In this document: positions 50,146 through 62,985 of the stretch, piece by piece
Position numbering within the stretch: position 1 is the first letter of the stretch
Layout: each line of letters starts with the position of its first letter
Origin: the human T2T-CHM13v2.0 reference genome, Homo sapiens
Reading direction: 5' to 3' (one strand)
Length of the DNA: 64,000 nt
NCBI RefSeq assembly: GCF_009914755.1
Contig: NC_060932.1
Made by a program: the position numbers and the translations under genes
The notes under the pieces: model-generated
What the model was told of the DNA's origin: nothing
The model's database searches: none
The model's input: the letters and a program-made list of their open reading frames with translations, nothing else

Positions 50146-51734
50146 GTGTCAGCTCTGACACTGGACGTGTGGATGGGAGAGGGGCAGGGGAGAGGGAGAC
50201 CTGGGGGCAGGAACCTGATTTATTCACTTGAGGACCCTGACTCAGCACCCACCTGCTACCTGCACTGCTGGGGGCCCAGGCACGGAGGTGAAAGGGCAGG
50301 GTCCCCCACTGGTGAACACCGACTCTGAGCCACCTTTGCTCCTGGCAGCCAGCAGCTTCGTCCCTGCTTGTGTGCTTCTGACACCTGTGCTGGCTGTGAG
50401 CAGGAGAGCCCAATACTGACGGAATGTTCCATGCGCTCAGCAGTGCCTGGTGGGAGCAGGTGCTGGGCCCTGGCCTGGGTGCTGACTCCAGAGCCAGCCC
50501 AGGATGGAGGCAGAGCTCCCGCCTTCAGATCAGCTCAACGTTGATCCTGGTTTGGCTTCATCCCTGGACTCCTGCAGTAGTGCTTGGCGCCAGTGTTCCC
50601 AGACATGCTTCCTAAAAAATCAGCCCCACACAAGACACAGACATAAAAAGAGACCCTTGGGGACAGTCGTAGAGATGGGCAGGTACCTGTGGCCTGGCTG
50701 TGGTGTTACCCTGGGGCATGGCTCTGTGGGGGGGCCTCCCATGCAGTTACACAGAGGTGGTCCGTGAGCTCCATTTGTCCTGGGCCAATGACCCACCATC
50801 ACCACCGGGAATGTCTGTGACCGCACGAGTGTAGCTGTGCTCCTCTTTTGTCCAGAATGAAAAGGGTCCCATGGCAAAGCACTTGAGTGTGTGAGTGTAT
50901 GAGTGTGTGAGTGTGTAAGTGTGTTCAAATGTCTAGGGGTCCCATGGGAAAGCAATTGAACTACCTGTGTGTTCAAACGTCTACAGGGAGATATACCCGA
51001 TGGGCTCTGCAGGCAAGGGAAGGTGCTGGCGCGGAGGCCAGAGTGCAGCGGCCAGAGGGTCCGAGGGACACACAGGAGCACTGTGCCCGCCATGGGCGCT
51101 CCACCCTTGAGGCTGAGTGGCCCAAGGGAGAGAGCTGTGCCAGTGCGGACAGCACCTGCTGGGGTGGGCCCACCCCAGGACCAGACCAGGAGCCGGAGCC
51201 CAGGTCTGGCATATAGCATAGAGTGAGCAGACACCCCAGGATATCAGTGCCACCCTGGCAGCCTGGGCAGTGACTTGGCATCAGTGCCCTAGGAGGCCGG
51301 AGGGGGTGGCCCATGGAGCAGGGAGAAAAACAGCACTGAAAAGGAAGGACGTCCTTCCTCTCCCCCTCCCCTCCCCTCCCCGCTGAAAGCTCACAAGGAT
51401 GCCGTGGTGGAGGGCAGGCTTGTGTGGGAAGGACAGGGCTGTTTACAGGATTTGGGGTGGTTTCTGAGGGGATGGCACTTATGCCCCTAGCCTGGGTCAG
51501 GCAGGTGGTCTAGGATGAGGTTCTCAGGAGAGCCCACACCCACCGGCTGCCACGCCAGGATCGCCTGAGACCCGACACACCCAGAGCCCGATGCTGGGTC
51601 TGCAGGGGCCCAGAAATCCCCAGCCTTGTAGGCCCCTGGGGCACTGGTCTGGGGACATGTGCAGGGGGAGAAGGTCAGTGCTTCGTGGCCAGGAGACGTG
51701 TGGGGACCAGGCAGCGTGCACAGGCATGACAGCC

Positions 51735-52183
51735 TGAGTTTCTGTTGCTTAGAATACCTGAAACTGAAAGGAAAAGCAACTTATTTCTTATGATCATGGA
51801 GCCTGAGAAGTCCAGGGTTGAGGGGCTGCATCTTGCAAGGGCCTTCCTGCTGTGGGGACCCTGCAGCGCCCTGAGGTGACGCCAGGCATCCCCCGGAGAA
51901 GGGGCTGAGGCTGCTGGCTCAGGTCTCTCGTCCTCTTCCACGCTGGGCATTCCCTGGCGAAGGGGCTGAGGCTGCTGGCTCAGGTCTCTCCTCCTCTTCC
52001 TGTAAAGCCACTGGTCCCACTCCAGTGGTAACCCATTAATCCATTAATCCACAAGTGGATTAATCCATTGATGGGAGCAGAGCCCTCTCGATCCAATCCC
52101 CTCTGGAGGCCCCACCTCCCAACACTACCACATCAGGACTCACGCTCCAATATGGTTTGGAAGGGGTCACTCAAATCATAGCA
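51735..52183 (-). mobile_element. MaLR solo LTR (MSTB/MSTC-like) with an internal 61-bp duplication
   Basis: 'agaatacctgaaactg...acccattaatccattaatcc...ggattaatccatt...caaatcatagca'; duplicated units at 51879 and 51940. Confidence 0.88.
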
Positions 52184-52439
52184 TTCTTTTGTCTCCAGTT
52201 GTTTTTCTGTTTGGTTCGGGAGGGTCAGGGAGCCAGCCTTATCTTTGGACACCGCATGGATTTAGAATGTTTTTAGACCCTGCCCCAGAAGGAACAGCTG
52301 CTGAGACAGAGAAGCAAATAATGCCAGGGTCTCGGCACTGCAGAGCTCACTCTCCCCATCCTGTATTTCCCTCAAGCCATCAAATCCCGCCGTCAGAGCC
52401 AAGAGGCAAAGGCCGATCAGCCTGTTTTGCTCCTTCCCT

Positions 52440-52467
52440 TGTAAACATCAGCAATTATTTTTAGCAT
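52440..52467 (-). promoter_or_regulatory. FOX + MEF2 motif pair
   Basis: TGTAAACA at 52440 and TTATTTTTAG (reverse CTAAAAATAA) at 52455. Confidence 0.35.
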
Positions 52468-53738
52468 ACGTGGCATAAACCACCCCCCTCTCCCAACCAT
52501 CTCTCTACTTTTGTGACCCAGTGGCCTTGCCTCGGCCTGGTGTCCCTCCCCAGTCTTGTCTCCAGCAGCAGCGGTGGCACCCAGGGCTGTCTTCCAGCGT
52601 CAATCTGACCTTGTCACCAGCTGCCATCACTGTATCTGCAGACGTTGGACGATGCCTATTGAACAGACAAGGACTAGTAGACAGGAAACCCTAGCCCTCT
52701 GGGACACACGGGCAGCAGAAGGATCCTTCCCCTGCAGTGCCCCCAGCCTCAGCTCCTCCCTCTCCACTGCGGTGAGCAGGAGGGCACCAGGGCCAGCTGA
52801 GAGTGACTGTATCACCAGGCATCTTGCCCCCTCTCACAGGCCTGTCTGACATTCTCTGCATGGACGAACTTTGAGGACAGCAGCTTGTGATGTGCATGAT
52901 GGTTTGAAATTAAAGTGGAAATATCCTGACATGAATGGCTCACGATCCTTGGCATGCTGAAATGGGGCTGACCCTGTGGAAAGCACGTGGAGGGAGGGGA
53001 CATCTCCTGGTGGCCGACCTGCCGTCCCTCGGGCATTCTGGCAAGTCACGTGTGTGTGGAGGTGAATGAAAGCCCCACACTTTGGGCAGTGGAGGAGTAG
53101 GATGGTAAATCCCATTGCACGAGCAGGTGCCAGGCCAGCCTGGGAGCATCTGTGGGGCGAGCAGCAGGTGGGACCCGCAGCCCCTTGGTGAGAAGGCAGC
53201 TGGCTGATTGTGCCCCTAGAGCTGGGGCCTGGCAACACCTGTCTGGGCAGAGTGCAGCATGGGCACTGGAGAGGGCACGAGACTCCAAAATCCAGGGTCG
53301 AGTCCGCACCTTCTCTGCTGTGTGACTGTGGACGCATCAACCCCTCCCAGGGCCCAGCCTTCAACATCTGGAAGTCCAGGGGCTGATTCCGGGAACACAT
53401 ACAGATCCTTGGCCACGTGCCAGGTATGTGCTAGCCTAGAGCAGGCAGAGGCGAGGTTGGCAGGCACATGCGTGGGCCTGCAACTCGGAGTGTCACCCGG
53501 CTCTGAGTGGAAGCACAGCGCAGGCGAAGCTTCCCACAGAAATTGCTCTCCCTGGTTTCTGCTGTTCCCTCAGAAACCACCCTAAGTCCTGTAAACAGCC
53601 CTGTCCTCCCCACACAGGCCTCCCCCCCACCATGGCATCCTTGTGAGCTGCTGTGAGTGTGAGGGTGTGCAAGGGTGTGGGCTTTGGGACTATGTGTGTG
53701 TGGGTATGCGTGTGCATGTGTGATGAGGAAGGGTTTTT

Positions 53739-53742
<4 letters not shown>

Positions 53743-53774
<32 letters not shown>
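53743..53774. repeat. (TG)16 microsatellite preceded by a T run
   Basis: Directly visible; degenerate TG-rich flank from ~53650. Confidence 0.97.
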
Positions 53775-53776
<2 letters not shown>

Positions 53777-54439
53777 GCAACTTCGCATGGAGCCCATCAA
53801 AGCCTCCCCGAGCATGTGCATCTCCCTGGGGCTGAAGGAACCAGCAAGGTGGGGTCTGGGCTTGTGTTGCCTCTGGAAGGAACAGCTATTGCAAAGGCCC
53901 TGAACAGGAATGGCCAGGTGACCTCAATGTTTCTTTCCAGGAATGGATTTGGGATTTAAAGGAGGACAGAGTGGCAAGCTAGCCAGAGGAAACTCCTAGA
54001 ATTCTGCACACACAGGACCGGACTGCAGGCAGCTCTGTCTGTCTCCCCGCCTATGGGAAGTGCTGGCTTCTGGGGGCTCAGCTGTCATCATCACCCCAGG
54101 ACTCCTGCCCAAATCCTTACCCCATGAATCTCAGACCACGCTTGGAGCAGGCCCAAGGCCAGGACTCTGTCTGGTTTCTGGTCGTCCACACCACAGGCCC
54201 CAAGTGTTCCTCCCTGCCCAGACTCTGTGTCATTTCAGGAACTAGCCCCAGAGCCGACAGACCAAGGTCCCAGGGAGGCAGGTTTAGCTCAGTGTGATGA
54301 CACATCTGAGAAAGCTGCTCAGTAATGAGACGCAGTAAGCCTCCCATCTCCAGTGGTATTCAAGCAGGAGGAAGGGCTACCTGGTGGGGACACTGTGTGA
54401 GGAAGCTGAGCCACATACCTTTATTTTTTCTTGAAGTTA

Positions 54440-54876
54440 TTTTAGGGGATTAAGTGGTGCTCCCTCCCCTCCTATATGTCCACATCCTACCACATCCTAA
54501 CCCCAGAACCAGCAGATGTGATCTTGTTTGGAGAAAGGGTTTTGCAGATGAAATTAAGGATCTTGAGATGGGTTTCTCCTGGATTATCCTAAGGGCCCTA
54601 AGTCCTTATAAGAGACACCCGGAGGAGTGGAGAAGGCCCCGTGAAGACAGGGCAGAGCTTGGAGAGGCACAGCCAAAGCCAAGAAGCTTCTGGAGCCACC
54701 AGAACCCAGAAGAGATATGGACGGACGCTCCGCCAGATCCATGGGTGGGAGCGCGCCCCTGGCAGCACCTTGATTTCAGATTTCTGGACCCCAGAGCCGT
54801 GAGAGAGTGAACGTGTGATGGCTTCAGCCACCCAGCTTGTGGCATTTCATCATGGTTGCCCTGGGAGGCGAATGCA
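54440..54876 (+). mobile_element. MaLR solo LTR (MLT1C-like)
   Basis: 'atatgtccacatccta...gggttttgcagatgaaattaaggatcttgagatg...caccttgatttcagatttctgg...gccctgggaggcgaatgca'. Confidence 0.9.
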
Positions 54877-55631
54877 GTTATGCACATACATGGATTCGCT
54901 GCCAAGGTCTCCAACTTGCAAGTTCTCTTGGGCTTGCCATGGGACCCTCCGTCCAGCCTGCCCTCCCTACCCTTCCAGCTCCCCAGAGGCAATCATCTTC
55001 ACCCTTTTCCCTGGTGATTCTGATATTTTGCCTCTGTACCTCCAGATGGCACGCACACACACACACACGGCTTGTCGATTTCTCGGTCTCGGGCTTTGTC
55101 TACTGACTCCCGCCGTGCAGGATTGGGATGCAATGTTTGTGTTTTTAGCACTTCCACGAGCCTGCCTGCTGCCTGCCCCCACCCTCCCCGCAGTCACAAT
55201 GCCATTTCAGCAAGATCGATACTGCAAACGCACTGCCACGCTGAGCCCATCATACAGGACTTCTTTTTCTTCTCCTGAGTCCAGTTTCCCTCCTGGAGTT
55301 AATAATGGTCTTATTTTTTCATTTGCTTAGTTTTCTGTACCCTTAACACTAATTCCACCTCAAACTCTCCCCCAGTTGTGCAAACACATCAGGACATTTA
55401 AACATATCAGGCATCCTACTAATTTGATCTCTTTGAAGAAATCGCTCTCCCCGGGCCTGGTCTGTCTCAAGGCCATTACCCGGCTCTCTTCTTCTTGAGA
55501 GGCTTGTTCAGGAATTCCCAGCTGTCTGTCTTGCTCTTTTTTGCCTGACTCCTTCATCTCGGTGGAGCAAATTCTTCTGGAAAAGGTGTGTGGAGGCCCC
55601 TCTGAGCCTCTGTGGAACAAGCATATTTATT

Positions 55632-55645
55632 GTGCCCCCTGCTAG
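55632..55645 (-). promoter_or_regulatory. Strong candidate CTCF site
   Basis: Reverse complement CTAGCAGGGGGCAC is 13/14 to CCASYAGRKGGCRS. Confidence 0.45.
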
Positions 55646-55948
55646 GTGGATAGCTTGGCCGGATGTGGGGCTCTAGCGGGGACCTCTTTCCCTGAGAACA
55701 TCTGGGCCATGCGTTCGTGTCTCCCGGCACCCGGCCCTGCCCTTGAGACCAACACCATCCTGATTCTTGATACTTTCCGTGAAATGCGTTGGCTCACTGG
55801 TTTGGTTTTTGTCCTCTCTGGAAACTGTTCAGATGCTCTCTTTGTTCTCTGCATTCTGAGACATCGTAGCGCCGCCGTTCCTTGCTGTGGGCTGGTTTTC
55901 TTCCTGGGAGCTGTGATCTCTGGCCCAGTGACTCGGAAGTTGCATGCC

Positions 55949-56333
55949 TGCTTTAGCTGGCTAGGGCCGCCATGGCAAAGTGCCACAGACTGGGGCCTCA
56001 ACAACAGAAATGAATGAATAATCTCACAGCTCTGGAGTCTGGAAGTCCCAGACCCAGGCGTTGGCAGGGCCGCTTCCTCCTGAGTCCCCTCTCCTTGGCT
56101 TGTAGATGGCGTCTTCTCCCATGTCCTTGCATGGTCGTCCCTCTGCTGGTGTCTGTGTCCCCATCGCGTCTTCTTATGAGGACACTAGGCATGCTGCACT
56201 GGGGCCCCACCCACGTGAACTCACTTTATCCCAGTCACCTCTCTCAAGGCCTTGTTTTCAAACAGCCACATTCTGAGGTCGTGGGGGTTCGGGCTTTGAT
56301 GCAAGAATTTAGGGGATGACACAGAACATATTG
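55949..56333 (-). mobile_element. MaLR solo LTR (MLT1B-like) with 5-bp TSD
   Basis: 'aagtgccacagactgggg...acaacagaaat...tctcacagctctggag...tcttcttatgaggacac...cacattctgaggt'; TSD 'atgcc' at 55944 and 56334. Confidence 0.92.
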
Positions 56334-58370
56334 ATGCCCTTTCTTCTGGGGAGTAGCTATAGAGCTATTTCTCAGACATCGCTTCCCCTCTGCTCTCTTG
56401 GTTCCCTCTTTCTAGAATTTCTATGGTTAAAATGCTGGCCCTCCTAGGCTGGCCTGTTATTTTCTTCTTAGTTTTTCTCTGCTTTCTGTGGCACTTCCCC
56501 ACCTGATCCCTCACCGCCCGTGGCTTTCGTTTCTGCTCCATGCTCTTCTCTCTCTGGGCTCTCAGCCCCCTACTGTGTTTTCCTGCATCCTGTTCATGTC
56601 TTACTTGCACCTCTAAGGATGCTGGCCACCGTCCGTTTACCGGCTTCGCCTCCATGTCTTCCAGGTTGCCGTGTCTTTGGTCATGGTGCTCTGTTTCCAC
56701 CATGGACACTGTTGTCTGTTGGGTGTCTCCAGGCTGGGTGTTGCATTTAGAGGACACTCAGAGCCTGAATAAGGCCTGTGTGGTGTGAAGTGGCCTTGTT
56801 GTGGGCTGCACATAGGGTGACCCAGGGGAACCATGTCCCTGGGAGACAGTGGGTCCGTGTCTGTGCGTCTCTCTCCAAGCTGGTCAGATTCCCCGGGAAA
56901 GACTCTCCACACTTGTCTGGGACTGGCTTTCCAGAGACTGCACACAGATTCCGACTCAAGCCCTACTCCTAGGACATTCCCTGTCCCTGCTGTGATCCCC
57001 GCGGTGCCTGCCGGAGACAGACACTGTCTTCCTTGCCGTCTCCGCAAAATAAGCTTCCATTCTTCTGTGGAGGTGCAGAAGGGGCAGTCACCCAGGTTCT
57101 CAAATCGGAAAAAGGGTCTTGGATCCACCTCTGGAAGTAGACTTGCAGCAAACCTTTGTCCCATCTACAGCCCAGCATCGCCCCCTGGGAGGCCTGCACC
57201 TTTGGGTGGCTGTAGTCACGATGGCACTGCTATTTCCCCACGGCCGGCTGAGGGCTCCGCTGCCTTGTGTCTGCTCATCCATCTGTGAATTACCTTTGAA
57301 ATTTCCTAAAACCTAAAACTGCTCTAAACAATGAGGCCTACTAAACTATGTATAATTACTTTGACAATGGCCTCTGGAAATAGAATAGCTACGGAGCACT
57401 TTTACAAATGTTGCATTGCTACTTTCCCACATCCAGGAGGCAGCATTTTCATCTGCTTTCAACCAAAGGGAAGTGGAGGGAAAGGGTCAGAAGGTGGGGA
57501 GGGTCCCAGCCTGGGCCATGGTGCTGGGTACAGGAGAAGGTCCCTGTATACTTAAGGCGCTCAGGGCCCGTGCCCCTCGTCCTGGGGCCACAGGTGCAGA
57601 GGGAGAAGGGCAAGCCTGAGATCACAGTCACCATGTGATGAAGCTTCTCCTAACCCGGCATTCCTCTGAAGACCTTTTTTCCTGATACTTTTCTGTTGGG
57701 CCAATTGGTTGGAACTGAGGCCGTTATAGCTATGAGCTTCATACCTTTAATTTCTCCAGGGAGAGAGAAAAATGACTTCCCCATCAGCTCAACTCACATG
57801 ATCATAGCTCATCCACTGAACCCCAGGGCTTCAGAGCCAGAAGGCCCTGGGAGATGCTCTGAGTTTGGATTGGCAGATGGCAGCATTGAGGTGCCTGCCC
57901 CCCTGCAACCACGGTAGAGCTCCTCCTTCAGGCCCAGCCTGCGCAGGCATCCACAAAGCCCTGCAGGCAGTGGGGGCCTCTCACCTGTGGCCACTTCCCC
58001 ACTGCCTCTCTCTGACCCTGAGATCTGACTCTAATTTCTCACCAGGTGCCTTGGGCACGCATTGATTCTCTGCCGCTGCCGCATAGCATGAGAATCTCTT
58101 TGACCCTCTGCAGGGATGGCTTCTCCATAGACCAGAGGTGGGACCCTTCTGAAAGCTGCCCTCCTTGCCCTAACTGGGAAGCCATATCTGACCTGGCAGG
58201 CTGCATCTTCTGTGTCGCACCTGCCCTGGCCACCTCTGCTCGCCTCCTCCATGGGGTGCTCCACAGATTCATAGCTGTCTGCCTGCTTGTCTGCATCCCC
58301 ATCAGACTGAGAAATTCAAAGCAAAAACAGCCTCCCTCCATTCCTCAGTGCACAGCCCATAGCAGGCACT

Positions 58371-58893
58371 TGGATGAGTAGCATCTGCTGTGAAACAAAT
58401 GACCTCAAACGCCGTGGCTTCAACCAGCACGTGGTCCCTGGGGTCAGGAGCCCGGGATACCCTTGCTGGGTCCTCTGGTCATGGCCTCACAGGTGTGGTC
58501 AAGGTGCTGGCTAGGGCTGCTGTGGTCTCATCTGAGGCCTGACTGGGGAAGGCTCTGCTCCCATGCCCACCTGACTGTTGAGGGTTCCGTTCCCTGGGGC
58601 TGTGGGACTGAAGGCCTCAGTTTTAGGCAGCTGTTGGTCAGAGGCACTCCCAGTTCCTTGCCGTATGGGTGTCCCCAAAGTGTCCACTTGCTTCAGCCAA
58701 GCCAGCAAGAACGGCTGCTAGCAAGACTGACGTGGCAATGTTTTGTGACAAAACTACAGAAGTGATGTCCCATCTCCTGGGCCCTAGTCGATTGGTTAAA
58801 GCAAGTCCAGGACACACTAAAGTGGGGGGATTGCATGGGAGTGAATCCCGGGAGGGGGCACTCATGGGGTGCCCCTAGAGTCTGCCTGGTGCT
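58371..58893 (-). mobile_element. MaLR solo LTR (MLT1E-like) inserted in an L2 3' end, 5-bp TSD
   Basis: 'tctcatctgaggcctgactggggaaggctctgctccca...gctgtgggactgaaggcctcag...gattggttaaagcaagtc'; TSD 'gcact' at 58366 and 58894. Confidence 0.88.
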
Positions 58894-59089
58894 GCACTCA
58901 AGATATTGATAGAAAGAATGCAGGAACAAGTGAGGTGAGTTTTCCTTGGAGAGGGAGGCTGGGTTCAGGCTGCACACCTTGAGTGTTGGGAGGGGAGGCC
59001 TGGCTGCAGCCCCAGCAGGATGGCCATGGCAGATGTGAAGTCAAGCTCCAACCTCCGTCCTCCTCTCCAGCCAGCCTGGGTGGCACTGT

Positions 59090-59480
59090 GGGCAAGGCTG
59101 CATGGCCAGGGAGCACTGGGCGTGGATCCTCTGGGGAGCTGAAGGCATCATGTGGCTGTTGGCAGGCGTGACTGCCATTGGCACAGGGATGGGACTGTGC
59201 AGGGCCCAGCAGCCCATGCAGAGAAGTCAGCCTGGGGAGGGGAGGGGTGAAGCTAGAGTTACATTTGAAGGCAGAATTTGGCTCCGTGTGAACAGATGGG
59301 GAAGGGGCAGGAGTGTGAGCTGGGACCTGGCTGGAGGCCTATGAGAGCCTATGGGAGTTTGCAGCAGCTGCAGCCAGTGGAGCCAGGAATACGTGGAAGG
59401 AAGCGGGATTTGGTTGTCTGCACCCCACGGAGGGATGAGGACCAAGGTGAGGTTGGGATTGGTAAGGGTACTCTGGTGGC
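59090..59480 (-). mobile_element. LINE-2 fragment (degenerate)
   Basis: 'agagttacatttgaaggcagaatt' and a purine-rich L2-like context. Confidence 0.4.
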
Positions 59481-61099
59481 CCCAAGCACGATTTGCATAA
59501 TCCAGATGGAGAAGTTCCTTGGGCCTCTGCACGGGGGGCCAGTCAGATGATGACTGGACTTCAAAGCCAAAATCCACACACAAACACCATCTTTCTGTCC
59601 AGTGGATTTCTTCTCTGTCATCTTTAGCGGCAGGCAAGACAATTGTCCCCAGGCGACCAGGGGAGGACTTCAGGGTGAGGACCCAGGCAAATGCCTGCAT
59701 GTGCCCAAGAGGAGACCCCATCGGGAAGCAGAGGATGAAGATCAGGAAGGAACAGAGGCAGCCAGATCCCGGCCCCGCATGCAGGGCAGGCAGGCTGGCT
59801 TGGTGGCCCACACTTCCCTGGGGAAGGAGTGTTCCGTGCAGCCTGAGGCCCTTGCTGAGAGGCCAGGGGTGGAGGGAAATGGCTCAGAGAGAGGGAACCA
59901 GCCTGCCAGGGGGATTTGCTGCAAAGCAGCCACACAGCGGTGAAGCAAAGCTAGTGGTATTTAGCTGTGTGTGGAAGGCTCATTTTTCTGCCAAGGAAAA
60001 CAACAATTCTCCTGTCCAGAGTGTCCCAAACTCCTTGGCAACTGTGACATCCAGTTGCTCTTGGAAGCCATTGTGAGATGCTGGGTCTTATCTCCTCCCG
60101 GGGCTCTCTTATTTCACTCCGTGCTAACTGCTGCATTTAAGCTCTGGTAAATGATCACAACGTGGGCAAGACAGCTTGGCCTTCAGTGGCATTTATTTTT
60201 TCCTTCCTGGCCAAATGCTGACATATAAAACTCAATTTCATTTTGAAGAAAGGCAGGCGGCTGTGTGTTTGTTTAGACCCCTCTCAAAGACGAAGGGTCG
60301 TGGCAACCGCTTGAGCCTTCTTCCAGCTCAGGTGGGAGAGTTCAGCACGGCCAGCATGGCTGGAAGTTGGCCTGGTAGGGGTCCTTGGAGGAGCGTGAAT
60401 TAATGGGAAGGGGGGGTTCTGAATTCTGCAGACCCAGTCCTGTCTGCCCTTCCTGGACCCGGGCTGGGATCCTGGTGACCCTGTTGGATCAGAGCTGGTC
60501 CCTTCCCCACCGAGCCTCAGCTTCCCTCTGGGGGAGTGGCGGCTCTCTCATCTGGGGGGTGAACCCCAGAATCACAGCCTTGACTGCCCTGGCCCCACGA
60601 GGGCACAGCCTGGCTTGTGTGTCTGAAGGCCGGGGACCGCTCTGCTCCTCTCGATGTCTGTGAGCAGCTGTCGTCCTCTCCTCAACTCAGCTTTCCAATC
60701 AGCTGAGTGGAAAGGGGTGGCACCGAGGTTGTGCGGCTGTAACGAAACAACACCGAAAGTGCCGTTGGCCCCGAGCCAGGCACGGAGCGGGCCCTGATCA
60801 CTGTGGTGTGTGTTTCCCGTCCTCTTGGTCTGAGTGGATGAAAATTTAAAGGGGCCCTCCCAGTGACGTCTGCAGCTCAGAGGCAGTAGACGATGCTGCG
60901 TGGCACAGGTTTGGGGAACAGTGAGTCCCTGGAAGGGAGCTGGGGCGGGGTATTCGGACCCCTCGGGCCCCTTGGACCTACATGGACCCCTCACTCCTCC
61001 TCAGCTCCTGCTTCCCTATCTTAGCGTCTCTCACAACCTGGCCTTTCTACACACTTTTGTTTTGCTTCCACTGGAGTAGATGGGAAGAGGGCTCTCTGC

Positions 61100-61495
61100 C
61101 CCCTCCCTGGGCTGAAATTTTACATCTATGCCCTCTACCGAGTGAGTTGACAGAGCCCCCACTGCGAGTGGAGGGCACGGCCCTGCCCACGGGTGCTGGG
61201 CTTGGATGTGAAACATGGCTCGGCCAATAGGACGTGGTGGAAGTGGGTCAGGGCCACTTTGGGGACACTGTTCATTTCCTCTCACCCCTCTGCTGCTCTG
61301 CCCTCCACTGCAAGGCCAGCAAGCCCTGCTGGCTACTGCCTCATCAGCCTGAGCCCAGAACCAGGCCCCGGAGGCCTGGGCGTGCCTGGCTGGGCCCAGG
61401 TGAGACCCGCAGACTCCTGTGCTTAGAAGCAAATGCCGGCCATTAGGAACCAGTGAGGCATGAGATTCATTGTCTGCAGCAAAAGCTGCCTAAAC
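61100..61495 (+). mobile_element. MaLR solo LTR (MLT1J/I-like)
   Basis: 'tgctgggcttggatgtgaaacatggctcggccaataggacgtg...atcagcctgagcccagaa...gcagcaaaagctgcctaa'. Confidence 0.7.
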
Positions 61496-61615
61496 CCTGC
61501 AGACAGATGTGCTCCATGAGGCGGGAACCACGTCTGTCTCGTTTCCTGGCAGCTCTTTGCCCAGAAAAGTGCACAGAGCTCCACACAGTATTTGATGAAT
61601 GAGTAAATGAATAAG
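61496..61615 (+). mobile_element. LINE-2 3' end
   Basis: 'gctccatgaggcgggaaccacgtctgtctcgtt...tatttgatgaatgagtaaatgaat'. Confidence 0.75.
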
Positions 61616-62409
61616 AAAATGAGGCCAAAAGGAAGACATTGTGTTTCTGAAGTTGTACAAATAATGAGTGATGGATATTGCCTGGGTCTTTGGGGTCCCT
61701 TTTCTGGGGCGTTTCTTCAGTGCCATGTGACAGTGACGTGGTGAAAAGCACGGTGATGGGAAGAACTGAAGTTAGAAGTGCTTGTGTGTGTCTTCTCCCC
61801 TGGCAGCACCCCTCTGGCTCTCAGCAGGTGGCTGAGCCCTTGGGGGATTGGGAGGCCCCAGGGTCCGTGAGCTGATATCTGGAGAGGCCAGAGCTGACCA
61901 TGGAATGTCCATTTCTGCGGGAGACCTGGGAAGAATGAAACTTGCCCTGGATGAATATAAAATCTGATCTAATATTTTATAATGCTGACTTATGATTCAG
62001 ATTTTACTTAGTGGTGGCATTTTAGGCACTTTCACTGAAGGAAGAACGGATTTTCATTGAGAGATGTGAAACCCACATTGAAACTGGTTCATTTGGCTGC
62101 CTGAGAAGGTGGAGGCTGTGGTGGTGGTGACGATGGTGGAGAAGTGGAACCAGGAGGAGGAGGCTGGATGCGGCACCAAGGCAGTGCCTGTCGCTGGGCC
62201 TGCACCCAGCCTGGTCGATGTGAGATGCTCCCTGCCTCCTGCACTGTGGGTGCCAACCCTCCTCCATGCATGGCCGAGATGCCCCTGCCCACTGCACTGC
62301 AGTGACCCCTCAGGTAGAGCCTTCATCCCCTCTCCTCCCACATGTAAGGAGCAGAGGCCTAGGAGGGGTGCATTCCCCAGGTGGAGAGCAGGCCTGGCAT
62401 GGGCTCGGG

Positions 62410-62985
62410 GGACTGGGCTCCTGTGACCTTGGTCATCTCACTTGATCGTGCCCCAGGCTCCTTGTTGTAAAGCGGGGACAATAATGGACCCACCATCCAG
62501 GACTGTCCTGAGGGCAAAGTGGCTAAGCCCGACCACAGTCCAAACATGTCCCCAAACCTCCATGTGCTGGAAGCTTAATTGCCAAAATAACAGTATAGAG
62601 AGGTGGGCCTTTATGAGTTGACCTGGGCATGAGGGCAGAGGCCTTGTGAGTGGATTAGAGCCTTTATCTCGGGGTGAGTTCTCACGAGAGCAGGTTGTTC
62701 TGCGAGCAAGCTGGGCTGACTCTTGTGGTCTCTGTCACGCGCACTTGCTTCCCCTCCCACTTTCCTGCTGTGTTTGAAGACAGTGTGAAAGCCTGTCTAG
62801 AAGCTGCTGCCCTGCCCTTGGACTTCCCGGCATCCAGAACCCGAGCCAAAAAAAGTTCATTTTTAAAAAAATTACCCAGTCTCAGGGATTCTGTTATTGC
62901 AACAGAAAATGAACTTAGACGTATGCTTACAACACACAGCATAGTGCTTGCCATGAAGGAACACCTGTTAAATAAATAATAGTGG
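62410..62985 (+). mobile_element. MIR split by an MST LTR
   Basis: 'ctgtgaccttggtcatctcactt...tgtaaagcggggacaataat' before the LTR, 'agcatagtgcttgccatg...aataaataat' after it. Confidence 0.65.
62531..62921 (+). mobile_element. MaLR solo LTR (MSTB-like)
   Basis: 'catgtgctggaagcttaattgcca...catgagggcagag...cccttggacttccc...aaattacccagtctcagggattctgttattgcaacagaaaatgaact'. Confidence 0.9.

Larger units (their letters stand above)
54880..57300 (-). mobile_element. HAL1/L1ME ORF1-type element, interrupted by MLT1B
   Basis: Reverse ORF1 pattern 'gatagcttggccggatgtgggg...tttccctgagaac...ctgattcttga...ctctggaaactgttc...gcattctgaga' continuing after the LTR as 'tttctagaatttctatggttaaaatgctgg'. Confidence 0.6.
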
